Shown piece after piece: positions 1-9,351 of a stretch of 64,000 nucleotides of DNA (positions within the stretch are counted from its first letter, which is position 1; every line of letters starts with the position of its first letter). This stretch comes from an uncultured bacterium. Lineage in GTDB: Bacteria; Cyanobacteriota; Vampirovibrionia; Gastranaerophilales; Gastranaerophilaceae. The notes below the pieces were generated by a model. That model was not told the DNA's origin, searched no databases, and saw only the letters and a list, made by a program, of their open reading frames with translations. Both the position numbers and the translations under genes were made by a program. The DNA lies in contig CASERN010000011.1 in the NCBI GenBank assembly GCA_949290355.1, positions 669,865 through 733,864 on the forward strand. The letters are read 5' to 3'.

Positions 1-1
1 T

Positions 2-232
2 GAAAAATTACTTAAAGAATTTTTTAGGGATTATGAGGAATTTTTAAAAGCAGGTTTTATTTTAGTTAAAGATGAATATATAAAACGAGCTTCTTTTTTG
101 GGTAAACATATTGAGGTTCAAGTATTAAATAAAAAAGTATGCGGAGAAGCAAAAATGATAAATGATGATGGAGAATTGATTATTCATCATTTAGGTAAAG
201 ATTTAATTTTGACAATAGGAGATATATTATGA
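2..232 (+). CDS. birA: Biotin--[acetyl-CoA-carboxylase] ligase, C-terminal fragment (5' end lies outside the window)
   Basis: The frame is open from the window edge. It translates to ...GKHIEVQVLNKKVCGEAKMINDDGELIIHHLGKDLILTIGDIL*, which matches the typical BirA C-terminal SH3-like tail. The TGA stop overlaps the oadG ATG (ATGA). The partial sequence limits certainty. Confidence 0.55.
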   Translation, partial: EKLLKEFFRDYEEFLKAGFILVKDEYIKRASFLGKHIEVQVLNKKVCGEAKMINDDGELIIHHLGKDLILTIGDIL

Positions 233-465
233 GTGAAAATTTAATGAATGGCTTAACGCTTTTATTTATTGGCATGGGTTTTGTACTGTGCTTTTTATGT
301 ATTTTGATTGGCGCAATGTATGTGATGTCAGCCATTGTGAAGTATTTAAATAAGATTTTTCCGGAAAAAATTGAAATTGTCGAGAAAAAGTCTTCTTCAA
401 AATCTTCATCTGCTGATGATGAAGCTGTTGCTGTTGCGTTAGCTGCAATTATGTCAAAAAGATAG
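229..465 (+). CDS. oadG: Oxaloacetate decarboxylase gamma subunit (small membrane anchor)
   Basis: 78 aa with a single N-terminal TM helix (LTLLFIGMGFVLCFLCILIGAM) and an Ala/Ser-rich tail. It sits immediately upstream of oadA and oadB. Confidence 0.7.
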   Translation: MSENLMNGLTLLFIGMGFVLCFLCILIGAMYVMSAIVKYLNKIFPEKIEIVEKKSSSKSSSADDEAVAVALAAIMSKR

Positions 466-497
466 TATTTATTTTAATAATTTAGGAAGGAAAAATT

Positions 498-2282
498 ATG
501 GCAAAAAAACTTATTAAAGTTATGGATACCTCATTTAGGGATGGTTTCCAATCTGTTTACGGCGCAAGGGTCTTTGTAGATGATTTCTTACCTGCATTGC
601 AGGCTGCTGTGAATGCTGGATTAAATCATTTTGAAGTTGCCGGAGGGGCAAGATTTCAATCTCCAATTTTTTATTGTAACGAAAATGCTTTTGAAACAAT
701 GGATAAAATCAGAGCTGCTGTCGGGCCTGATATTAATTTGCAAAGTTTAGCAAGAGGTGTAAATGTTGTAGGTTTGGATTCTCAACCAAGAGATATAATT
801 AACTTGCATGCAAAAATGTTCAAAAAACATGGAGTTACTACTGTAAGGAATTTCGATGCATTAAATGATGTAAATAATTTGATATATTCAGGACAATGTA
901 TTAAAGATAATGGTCTAAAACATGAAGTAACAATTACCATGATGGAATTACCAATTGGTTGTAAAGGTGCTCATGATGTTGAATTTTATGAAAGAGTTTT
1001 AAGAAATATTTTAGATGCTGGTATTCCTTTTGACAGTTTAGCATTCAAAGATGCATCTGGAACATCAGCACCAAGAAAAGTTTATGAAACCGTAAAAAGA
1101 ACAAGAGAAATTTTAGGTGCTGATATGCATATCAGATTCCATTCTCATGAAACTGCTGGTACTGGTTTAGCAGCATATTTAGCTGCTTTAGACGGTGGCG
1201 CTGATGGTATTGATCTGTCTATGAAACCTGTTTCCGGCGGTACAGCACAACCTGACATTGTTTCAATGTGGCATGCATTGAAAGGTACAGAATATGATTT
1301 AGGTTTGGATATTGAAAAAATCCTAGAAACTGAAGAGATATTTAAAGAATGCATGAAGGATTATTTCTTGCCTCCTGAAGCTTTATCTGTAAATCCTATG
1401 ATAATACAATCTCCATTGCCGGGTGGAGCCTTAACAGCAAATACTCAAATGTTGAGAGATAATAATTTGATGGATAAATATCCTGAAGTAGTTGCTGCAA
1501 TGAAAGAAGTTGTTGAAAAAGGCGGATTTGGAACATCTGTTACGCCTGTTTCTCAATTTTATTTCCAACAAGCATTTAATAATGTTATGTTTGGACCTTG
1601 GAAAAAAATTGCAGAAGGATATGGTAAAATGGTTCTTGGCTATTTTGGAAAGACTCCTTGTGAACCGGATAGTGATGTTGTAAAAATTGCATCTGAACAA
1701 TTGAATTTGCAACCTACAACTGAAAAAGTTGTCGATATTAATGATAAAGATCCAAATAAAGGTATTCCTGCCGCTAAGAAAAGATTGGAAGATGCCGGCT
1801 TGCCTGTTAATGATGAAAATATCTTTATTTCCGCGGCTTGTAAAGAAAAAGGTATTTTATTCCTTGAAGGTAAGGGGACAATCGGCGTAAGAAAATGTGA
1901 AAAAGGAGAAAAAGAGCCTTCTGTAGATTCCGCTAATAACGCTTATACCGTAAGTGTAAATGGTAAAAAATATGCAGTTGCTTTAGAAGGTAGAAAAGCT
2001 TCGGTTAACGGAAAACTTTATGATTTTGAAGTCAAAGCAGGTATTGATGCAAAAGCTGTTAGCGGAGATGCTTCTCCTGTTAAGGCAGCTTTGCCTGGAA
2101 CTGTTTTAAAAGTATTGGTTTCTGTTGGTGATAATATTGCTGAAGGTGATGTTATTGCTGTTGTAGAGGCAATGAAAATGGAAACTGAAATCAAATCACC
2201 AATGGCAGGTACCGTAAAAGATGTAGAAATAGAACCTGGAGATAAAGTTAAAACAGGTGATGTTCTAGTAACAGTAGCATAA
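498..2282 (+). CDS. oadA: Oxaloacetate decarboxylase alpha subunit (carboxyltransferase plus C-terminal biotinyl carrier domain)
   Basis: It has the N-terminal DRE-TIM motif MDTSFRDGFQS and the HSHETAG metal site. The C-terminal biotin attachment motif VEAMKMETEI is present. SD is GGAAGGAA. Confidence 0.9.
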   Translation: MAKKLIKVMDTSFRDGFQSVYGARVFVDDFLPALQAAVNAGLNHFEVAGGARFQSPIFYCNENAFETMDKIRAAVGPDINLQSLARGVNVVGLDSQPRDIINLHAKMFKKHGVTTVRNFDALNDVNNLIYSGQCIKDNGLKHEVTITMMELPIGCKGAHDVEFYERVLRNILDAGIPFDSLAFKDASGTSAPRKVYETVKRTREILGADMHIRFHSHETAGTGLAAYLAALDGGADGIDLSMKPVSGGTAQPDIVSMWHALKGTEYDLGLDIEKILETEEIFKECMKDYFLPPEALSVNPMIIQSPLPGGALTANTQMLRDNNLMDKYPEVVAAMKEVVEKGGFGTSVTPVSQFYFQQAFNNVMFGPWKKIAEGYGKMVLGYFGKTPCEPDSDVVKIASEQLNLQPTTEKVVDINDKDPNKGIPAAKKRLEDAGLPVNDENIFISAACKEKGILFLEGKGTIGVRKCEKGEKEPSVDSANNAYTVSVNGKKYAVALEGRKASVNGKLYDFEVKAGIDAKAVSGDASPVKAALPGTVLKVLVSVGDNIAEGDVIAVVEAMKMETEIKSPMAGTVKDVEIEPGDKVKTGDVLVTVA

Positions 2283-2303
2283 AATTTATAAAGGAAAGAA
2301 AAA

Positions 2304-3479
2304 ATGGATATAGTAGAAAGTTTATACAAATTATGGCAATCGACAGGTATTGCAAATTTTGTTCAACCCGTTGATCCTAATATTACAAGCGGTTTTGAAC
2401 AATTTTTGCATCAATTCGGTTCTCCAATAATGATAATTGTTTGTTTATTTCTTCTTTGGTTAGGTATAAAAAAACAATTTGAACCGTTGTTGCTTGTCCC
2501 TATTGCTTTCGGAGGTTTGTTATCTAACATTCCTGTTGCTGATATTGCAGGGCCCCATGGCTTTTTAGGAATTATTTATGAATTTGGTATTCACCAAGGA
2601 TTATTTCCTTTGATTATTTTTATGGGTGTTGGAGCAATGACCGATTTTGGACCTTTGATTGCAAATCCTAAAACTTCGTTGTTAGGAGGAGCAGCTCAGT
2701 TTGGTATTTTTGCCGCTTTGCTTTTAGCATTATGTGTATTTGGCTTTACTTTACCACAATCAGGTGCTATTGGTATTATTGGTGGTGCAGATGGCCCAAC
2801 GTCAATTTATGTTACAACTAAATTAGCACCAGAACTATTGGGTGCAATTGCTGTTGCTGCGTATTCTTATATGGCTTTAGTTCCGGTAATCCAGCCTCCA
2901 ATTATGAAATTATTAACAACTGAAGCTGAAAGAAAAATTGAAATGACACAATTAAGAGAAGTGTCAAAACGTGAAAAAATAGTTTTCCCTTTAGTTGTAC
3001 TTGGGTTGTGTATTATTTTCTTACCTGATGCATGTCCATTAATTGGAGCTTTGACATTCGGTAATTTATGTAAAGAATGCGGTGTAGTGGAAAGATTGTC
3101 TGATACTATGCAAAATGCTTTAATCAATATTGTAACTATATTTTTAGGTCTTTCTGTTGGATCAAAATTGTCAGCTGAACAATTTTTGACTTTGCAGACT
3201 TTATTCATATTGATTTTAGGTATTTTAGCATTCTCTTTCGCAACAGCGGGTGGAGTTTTGTTCGCAAAATTTATGAATTTATTTTCAAAAAACAAAATCA
3301 ATCCACTTATAGGTTCGGCAGGTGTATCTGCAGTTCCAATGGCTGCACGAGTCTCAAATAAAGTAGGTTTGGAGGCTAATCCTCAAAATTACTTATTAAT
3401 GCATGCAATGGGACCAAACGTTGCTGGTGTTATTGGATCTGCGGTTGCTGCAGGTATATTACTTGCTTTGTGTAACTAG
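2304..3479 (+). CDS. oadB: Na+-translocating decarboxylase beta subunit
   Basis: 391-aa polytopic membrane protein with the IIGGADGPT motif typical of the OadB/GcdB/MmdB family. The oadGAB gene order supports the call. Confidence 0.9.
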   Translation: MDIVESLYKLWQSTGIANFVQPVDPNITSGFEQFLHQFGSPIMIIVCLFLLWLGIKKQFEPLLLVPIAFGGLLSNIPVADIAGPHGFLGIIYEFGIHQGLFPLIIFMGVGAMTDFGPLIANPKTSLLGGAAQFGIFAALLLALCVFGFTLPQSGAIGIIGGADGPTSIYVTTKLAPELLGAIAVAAYSYMALVPVIQPPIMKLLTTEAERKIEMTQLREVSKREKIVFPLVVLGLCIIFLPDACPLIGALTFGNLCKECGVVERLSDTMQNALINIVTIFLGLSVGSKLSAEQFLTLQTLFILILGILAFSFATAGGVLFAKFMNLFSKNKINPLIGSAGVSAVPMAARVSNKVGLEANPQNYLLMHAMGPNVAGVIGSAVAAGILLALCN

Positions 3480-3500
3480 ATTATATAATACATAATATAA

Positions 3501-3526
3501 AGGCCTGTTTTTACAGGCCTTTTTTG
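3501..3526 (+). terminator. Rho-independent terminator after oadB
   Basis: Perfect 8-bp stem AGGCCTGT/ACAGGCCT with a TTTT loop, followed by a T5 run. Confidence 0.75.
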
Positions 3527-3564
3527 TGTTAAAATTTAGTATATTAGGAAAAGGGGGTATTTAT

Positions 3565-4155
3565 ATGAAAAAAATCGCTGTATTAGGGTCTTCATCGGGA
3601 AATCTTTTAGAAGCATTATATAATCGCTTAAATAGTGTTGATGTGACATTTGAGTGTCTCTGTGATGATGAAAAGTCCGATTTCTTTAGTAAAGCTAAAT
3701 CTCTAAAGATTTCTTGTAAATATTTGCCTTGGGAAAAGAATTTTGAATATTTTTCGTCTCATGATTTTGATTTAATTGTTCTTTGTGATTATAAAAAAGA
3801 GTTGCAAAGTGATGTTTTGGAACTTGGAAAGTTTATAAATATTCACCCTTCTTTATTACCATCTTTTAAAGGAAATGATGCTTTATATAGAGCTTTTAAT
3901 TCAGGGGTTAAGGTTTCTGGAGTAACGGTGCATTGGGTAAGAGAAAATTTGGACAGTAAAAATATAATAGCTCAATATCCTGTTTTAATTGGAAATTTAA
4001 TGCATTTTGATGAATTTGAAAAAGAAACTAATGAATTAGAAAAAATGTTGTATCCGCTTGTTATTGATAAAATTCTGAAAGATGAGGTATTTGATTATAC
4101 TGATTTGATAAGTGTAAATAAGTGCAGTGGATCTTGTTCTAATTGTCAATCGTGA
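3565..4155 (+). CDS. purN: Phosphoribosylglycinamide formyltransferase-like protein
   Basis: It carries the INIHPSLLPSFKG (N-x-H) motif and VTVHWVRENLDS (Asp). I chose the ATG at 3565, which follows SD GGGGG, over the GTG at 3526, which lies inside the terminator. The C-terminal tail KCSGSCSNCQS is Cys-rich. Confidence 0.7.
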   Translation: MKKIAVLGSSSGNLLEALYNRLNSVDVTFECLCDDEKSDFFSKAKSLKISCKYLPWEKNFEYFSSHDFDLIVLCDYKKELQSDVLELGKFINIHPSLLPSFKGNDALYRAFNSGVKVSGVTVHWVRENLDSKNIIAQYPVLIGNLMHFDEFEKETNELEKMLYPLVIDKILKDEVFDYTDLISVNKCSGSCSNCQS

Positions 4156-4224
4156 AATAATTATAAATAGTGGACATTGCTTTGCTGTTTGTTATATAAT
4201 GGGCATGAAAGTAGGAGTTAATTT

Positions 4225-5460
4225 ATGTCTATAGATAATGCATTGGTTATGATTTTAGCAGGTGGAGAGGGTAAGAGATTATACCCTTTAACAAAAGATA
4301 GAGCTAAACCTGCAGTACCTTTTGGTGGTAGATACAGAATAATAGATTTTGTTTTAAACAATTTTATAAATTCTGGTTTCTTCAAAATAAAAGTTTTAAC
4401 CCAATATAAATCTGATTCTTTAAATAAGCATATTACAAGAGGATGGGCGTTATCGCCGTTTTTAAATCAGTATGTTGATCTAGCTCCTGCTCAGATGAGA
4501 ACTGGATCTGATTGGTATAGAGGTACGGCTGATGCGATTTATCAAAATGTCTTTCATATAACAGATGAAGATCCTGATTATGTTTGTATTTTTGGAGGGG
4601 ATCATATTTATAAAATGGATGTCTCTCAAATGCTAGATTACCACAAGGAAAAAGATGCAGATTTGTCTATTTCGGCTATTCCTATTCCAATATCTGAAGC
4701 GCATGAATTTGGAATTATTGAAGTGGATGATGATTGGAAGCTAATAAATTTTGTTGAGAAACCAAAAGAAAAGCCTAAATCAATTCCAGGTAATCCTGAT
4801 ATGTGTCTAGCTTCTATGGGAAATTATATATTTAGCAAGGATATTTTACTTGATGCTTTAAATAGAGATGAAGAAATAAAAGAGTCAAGTCATGATTTTG
4901 GTAAAAATGTTATCCCAATGTTGTTAAAAGAAGGAAAAAGAGTGTATGTTTATAATTTTAATGATAATTCTTTCCCTGGAATGACAGATAGAGAGCGTGG
5001 ATATTGGATGGATGTAGGTAGTATTGATGCATATTGGCAAGCTAATATGGATTTATTGGATTATGACCCTGAGTTAAACTTGTATTCTCAAGATTGGCCT
5101 TTGAGGACTTTTAATTATAATTATCCTCCTGCAAAATTTATTTGGGAGGAAGGTGAAAGAGTTGGAATGGCAACAAATTCTATGGTATCAGAAGGATGTA
5201 TTGTCTCAGGTGCAGGACTTTCTCGATGTGTTTTGTCTCCAAAAGTAAAGGTAAATAGTTATTCTCAAATATCAGAAAGTATTTTAATGGAAAATGTTGA
5301 AATTGGTCGACATTCAAAAATTAAAAAAGCAATTATTGATAAAAATGTAATAGTACCGCCAAATACCCGTATTGGTTTTAATAAAGAAGAAGATGAACGA
5401 AGGGGCTTTCATGTTTCTCCAAATGGAGTTACAGTGGTACCTAAGGGTGCTAAACTTTAA
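4225..5460 (+). CDS. glgC: Glucose-1-phosphate adenylyltransferase
   Basis: The N-terminus ILAGGEGKRLYPLTKDRAKPAVPFGGRYRIIDFVLNN matches GlgC. A C-terminal left-handed beta-helix region is present. SD is AGGAG. Confidence 0.9.
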   Translation: MSIDNALVMILAGGEGKRLYPLTKDRAKPAVPFGGRYRIIDFVLNNFINSGFFKIKVLTQYKSDSLNKHITRGWALSPFLNQYVDLAPAQMRTGSDWYRGTADAIYQNVFHITDEDPDYVCIFGGDHIYKMDVSQMLDYHKEKDADLSISAIPIPISEAHEFGIIEVDDDWKLINFVEKPKEKPKSIPGNPDMCLASMGNYIFSKDILLDALNRDEEIKESSHDFGKNVIPMLLKEGKRVYVYNFNDNSFPGMTDRERGYWMDVGSIDAYWQANMDLLDYDPELNLYSQDWPLRTFNYNYPPAKFIWEEGERVGMATNSMVSEGCIVSGAGLSRCVLSPKVKVNSYSQISESILMENVEIGRHSKIKKAIIDKNVIVPPNTRIGFNKEEDERRGFHVSPNGVTVVPKGAKL

Positions 5461-5584
5461 GTTCTGGAATTTTTTTTATATTTGTTATATGCTTGCTTTG
5501 GCTATTGTAAATCTTTATTAATATGAAGGGATATTATGGCAATTCTTTGCCTTTACAGTCTTTATAGATTTGGGTAGTGAAATC

Positions 5585-6154
5585 ATGATATCAAGTATAA
5601 GATTAAATATTACAAATACTCCAATATATAAAAATATGTTGAGTTCTGCTCATAGTGCTCAACAGAAAGCCTTGAATTTACTTCCCAATAAAGCTTTTTC
5701 AGGTGAAAAGATGATAAAGGCTATGGATTATCTTGGAAAAAATTTCTCATCTGATAAACAAAGACTAGCTTTAGGTGTAACTGCTCTGGTTACTCAACCT
5801 ATTATTGATGCACATAATAGAGATGTTGATGAAAAAACTCGAAAAGTTTCTGTTGCAAGAACTATTGCCAAAATCATTGCTGGAACTTTTACCGGGTTCT
5901 TTATCAGATATGGTTGTATAAAGGCTATTAAAGCTTTTTCACAAATACCTGCTAAAGGAATAAAAAAATATAAAACTATTTTTACTCCACAGGGTGTAAA
6001 AGATAACACTACGGATGCTTTTGAACAATATCGTAATGCAATGGGTACTATTGTTGCTCTTGGTGTTATGGTGTTTACTAATTTCTTGATAGATGTTCCT
6101 CTTACAAAATTTTTGACAAATGTTTTTGTGAAAAATCAGGAGGATAAAAAATGA
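5585..6154 (+). CDS. Hypothetical membrane protein, tandem remote paralogue of the next gene
   Basis: Long ORF with hydrophobic segments (LGVTALVTQPII, IIAGTFTGFFI, IVALGVMVFTNFLI). The start is uncertain: ATG at 5585 or TTG at 5570. I recognise no family. Confidence 0.4.
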   Translation: MISSIRLNITNTPIYKNMLSSAHSAQQKALNLLPNKAFSGEKMIKAMDYLGKNFSSDKQRLALGVTALVTQPIIDAHNRDVDEKTRKVSVARTIAKIIAGTFTGFFIRYGCIKAIKAFSQIPAKGIKKYKTIFTPQGVKDNTTDAFEQYRNAMGTIVALGVMVFTNFLIDVPLTKFLTNVFVKNQEDKK

Positions 6155-6789
6155 ATCCTTTAGTTAAATTTTTCACGAATGCAAAAACTTATTTGTATAA
6201 AAATTATGGTGAAAATCCTGGAACCATGCTTGTTCATACTGGTGTGTTGGGCTGGATTTTATCAGCTATGGCTCAAGTAACAGCTGTTTTGATAAATGAT
6301 AAAATTTCTAAAAAAGAAAAATCTTTTTTGATACCTCAAGAAATAGCAGATGCTGCTATAAACATTTTATCTTTTTATATTGTTACAAGTTCTTTTAAAA
6401 ACCTAGCTTCAAAATTAGTTTCTACTGGTAAAATTTCTACAAAAAATATTATAAAGCATATAGAACAAAAAGGAGTTAATCTTAAAGATTATATAGGGAA
6501 ATTAGATTCAAATATTGCAAATGATTTCCCAGAGTTAAAAGGCGAATATAAGAGTTTTAAAAATGGTGTAGATGTTGTAGCAAGTACTATTGGTTCTATT
6601 GTATCTTGTAATATTCTTACACCTGTTTTAAGAAACCAGTACGCAGCCAAAAAACAAAAAGAATTGATCGCTCAAATGGATGGTGTAGAAAATAAAGATA
6701 AAAAGCTTAATCCTCGAAATTCATTATCCATGGATGCTTATCAGAAAATGGCTTCAATGAAATATTCATCAGGAAGTTTAAAGATATAA
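6151..6789 (+). CDS. Hypothetical membrane protein
   Basis: ATGA overlap with the upstream gene and a strong SD (AGGAGG). Its layout matches the upstream protein: a hydrophobic hairpin interrupted by a short charged loop, then a late hydrophobic segment. Confidence 0.45.
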   Translation: MNPLVKFFTNAKTYLYKNYGENPGTMLVHTGVLGWILSAMAQVTAVLINDKISKKEKSFLIPQEIADAAINILSFYIVTSSFKNLASKLVSTGKISTKNIIKHIEQKGVNLKDYIGKLDSNIANDFPELKGEYKSFKNGVDVVASTIGSIVSCNILTPVLRNQYAAKKQKELIAQMDGVENKDKKLNPRNSLSMDAYQKMASMKYSSGSLKI

Positions 6790-7317
6790 AAGTACTACTA
6801 TACCTGTAATTATTCCAGTAATCATAATTGAAAATATTATTGACAGTTTTATGAATGGATCAAAATGTTTTTCTTCCGGATTATTTTGATGTATTTGAAA
6901 TATGATATTTTTTGAAAAATCACTTTTCAGATCATTTTTAGTTTTTTCGTATGAAGATAAAAGCATTTTTTTGAACGTATATATATTTTCAAGGTCTTGT
7001 CTTGCTAGAGGATTTGATATTGCTATTTTTTTTATTTTAATATTTTCGAAGTCATTTAATTCATTATCGATGTATGCTGATAAGTTTAGTTTAAAGTCTT
7101 CATATTGCTTTGTTATATATTGATTTTCAATTTCATTATTATCGATTTTGACATACTTATTAAGCATATTTTTAAGTTGCAAGTATTTATTCATGCAGCT
7201 TGGACAGTTTTGCAAGTGTTCTTTTACATATTCAGACAATTTGCTGCTTAATTTTTCTTCTACATAAAAATTTAATAATGCAACTACTTGTTCGCAGGAT
7301 AATTGATGGTTTGCCAT
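6778..7317 (-). CDS. Anti-sigma factor, zf-HC2 type, tail-anchored
   Basis: N-terminal CEQVVALLNFY...HLQNCPSC (H-x3-C-x2-C). The single TM helix is at the extreme C-terminus. It lies immediately downstream of the ECF sigma gene. SD is AAGGAG. Confidence 0.6.
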   Translation of the reverse strand: MANHQLSCEQVVALLNFYVEEKLSSKLSEYVKEHLQNCPSCMNKYLQLKNMLNKYVKIDNNEIENQYITKQYEDFKLNLSAYIDNELNDFENIKIKKIAISNPLARQDLENIYTFKKMLLSSYEKTKNDLKSDFSKNIIFQIHQNNPEEKHFDPFIKLSIIFSIMITGIITGIVVLLYL

Positions 7318-7330
7318 ATTTTTCTCCTTT

Positions 7331-7924
7331 TTAAATATATGCTTTTAAGTCTTGTTGTAATTTTCCTCTAGCTCTGGCAATTCTTGATTTAACTGTTCCA
7401 ATACTAGAGTGTGTTGCTTTAGCTATTTCTTCATAACTCAATCCTTGAAATTCTCTTAGAACTATTGCTATTCTAAATTGTTCGGGGAGTTCTTGAATAG
7501 CATTTTTTATAATTTTTTCAAGTTCATTGGACACACATTTTTCATGAGGTTTACATTTTTTGTCAGGTAATTGGAATTTTATTGGATGTTCTCCTTCTGT
7601 TTCTTCGTCTAACGAAATTGTTTCAACTTTTTTTTGAGATTTTCTAAGCTCATCATAAAATAGATTAGTAACTATTTGGTTAAGCCAACTTCTGAATAAT
7701 TTTGGATTTTTGAGGTTTTGTATATTTTTAGCAACTCTGAAAAGAGCTTCCTGTGTCAGGTCTGAAGCATTTTCTCTTTTGTTGCAAAGATATGAAAATG
7801 CTGCAAATACATTTTTTTGTTCTCTTTTTATTAATTCTTCAAGTGCCTTAAAATCATTTTGTTGTGATAATACAACAAGTTCTTCCAAAGGCATCTTTTT
7901 GTACTGCAATTTATTGCCCGACAT
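7331..7924 (-). CDS. ECF-type RNA polymerase sigma factor
   Basis: Region 2 reads QEALFRVAKNI...FRSWLNQIVTNLFYDELRK. Region 4 reads LPEQFRIAIVLREFQGLSYEEIAKATHSSIGTVKSRIARAR. The ATG at 7924 follows SD AAGGAG; the longer TTG start at 7963 is rejected. Confidence 0.8.
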   Translation of the reverse strand: MSGNKLQYKKMPLEELVVLSQQNDFKALEELIKREQKNVFAAFSYLCNKRENASDLTQEALFRVAKNIQNLKNPKLFRSWLNQIVTNLFYDELRKSQKKVETISLDEETEGEHPIKFQLPDKKCKPHEKCVSNELEKIIKNAIQELPEQFRIAIVLREFQGLSYEEIAKATHSSIGTVKSRIARARGKLQQDLKAYI

Positions 7925-8026
7925 AAATTTCTCCTTACATTTATAGTAAGAAATTTTGGGCAAGAAATGCTCATTCCTTATAGTATATCCAATGGAGTAT
8001 ATTTTTTTTAATAAGATTATAAATTT

Positions 8027-9268
8027 TTATTCTGCAGAAATATAGCCTCTTAATGCAGTGTAAGCTGCAACGTATGGGGAAGCAAGGTATATCTTACCAT
8101 CAACATTACCCATTCTGCCTTGGAAATTTCTGTTTTGCGTTGCAAGACAAACCTCTCCATCAGCAAGCGTTCCGGCATGAACACCGACGCATGGTCCGCA
8201 TCCTGGAGGTAAAATTGTTGCATTTGCTTCTACAAATTTTTTTATTAATCCTTCTTCTAATGCATTTATGTATACATCTTTTGATGCTGGACAAATTAGC
8301 ATTCTAACATTTGGATTAATTTCTTTACCTTCAAGTATGTCAGCTACTACTCTCAAATCTTCTATACGTCCATTTGTGCAGGTTCCAACAAATACCTGGT
8401 CTACTTTAATATTTTTTAAATCTTTTACATTTTTTGTATTATCAACTGTGTGCGGACAAGCTACAGTATGTTCTATATCTTCTGCATTAATTTTTATTAT
8501 TCTTTCATAAATCGCATCATCATCTGGTCTTATACTTCTGAATTTATTTTCTCTTCCATGTTGTCTTAAAAATTCTTTTGTTTTTTCATCAGCTACAAAC
8601 AGTCCTGCTTTTGCACCTGCTTCTACTGCCATATTAGCAAGTGTAAATCTTTCCGACATATTCATTTTTTCAATTGTATCCCCGCAAAATTCAAGAGCTT
8701 TATAAGTCGCTCCATCTGCTCCTATTAACCCAATTATATATAGCATCAAGTCTTTAGAGCATATTCCTTTTTTGAAATTCCCGTTTACTTCTATTTTAAA
8801 TGTAGCGGGTACTTTTAGCCAAGTTTTTCCTAAAGCCATTGCTACAGCTACATCTGTAGAGCCCATTCCTGTTGCAAAGGCTCCAAGAGCTCCAGATGTG
8901 CAGGTATGAGAATCTGCTCCTACTAAAATTTCTCCGGGATTTACAAAGGATTCTACTAATCTTTGATGGCAAACTCCCGCTCCTACATCTGAAAGTATAG
9001 CACCATATTCTTTTGAAAAGTTCCTTAAAATAGTATGAGTGTTTGACAATTCTTTTCTTGGACTAGGAGAAGCGTGATCAATAAATAAAATTGTTCTTTG
9101 AGGATTGTGTAATTTTTCTTTTCCCAACTTCAAAAATTCTTGCACGGTTAAAGGACCTGTACCATCTTGTACTGCTGTAACATCTACATTTGCAATGACA
9201 AGTTCTCCTGCTTTAACTTTTTTCCCTGCGTGTTCTGATATTATTTTTTCTGCTAAAGTCTGTCCCAT
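8027..9268 (-). CDS. leuC: Aconitase-family dehydratase large subunit (3-isopropylmalate / homoaconitate dehydratase LeuC/HacA type)
   Basis: It has GADSHTCT, the Fe-S ligand motifs VGTCTNGR and PPGCGPC, and QNRNFQGR. Start is the ATG at 9268 after SD AAGGAG. No small-subunit gene is adjacent. Confidence 0.75.
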   Translation of the reverse strand: MGQTLAEKIISEHAGKKVKAGELVIANVDVTAVQDGTGPLTVQEFLKLGKEKLHNPQRTILFIDHASPSPRKELSNTHTILRNFSKEYGAILSDVGAGVCHQRLVESFVNPGEILVGADSHTCTSGALGAFATGMGSTDVAVAMALGKTWLKVPATFKIEVNGNFKKGICSKDLMLYIIGLIGADGATYKALEFCGDTIEKMNMSERFTLANMAVEAGAKAGLFVADEKTKEFLRQHGRENKFRSIRPDDDAIYERIIKINAEDIEHTVACPHTVDNTKNVKDLKNIKVDQVFVGTCTNGRIEDLRVVADILEGKEINPNVRMLICPASKDVYINALEEGLIKKFVEANATILPPGCGPCVGVHAGTLADGEVCLATQNRNFQGRMGNVDGKIYLASPYVAAYTALRGYISAE

Positions 9269-9351
9269 TAACCCATTCTCCTTTTTATTTATGAATTTTA
9301 GCATGAAAAGCAGCTAAAAACAATGTTTTTATTTGATTAAACTTATTAAAC

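Noticed and set aside
3526-3564. N-terminal extensions in the ORF track that begin at GTG, TTG or far-upstream ATG codons. Affected ORF-track starts are 3526, 7963, 9304, 15009, 17623, 19511, 27731, 29889, 37488, 38179 and 38996.
   Set aside because: In each case an internal ATG with a clear Shine-Dalgarno sequence matches the expected family N-terminus. The extension runs into a terminator, an upstream gene or the promoter region.
5524-5568. A 14-codon ORF (MKGYYGNSLPLQSL) in the glgC downstream spacer.
   Set aside because: There is no SD and no second copy or conservation evidence. Such short ORFs are expected by chance.
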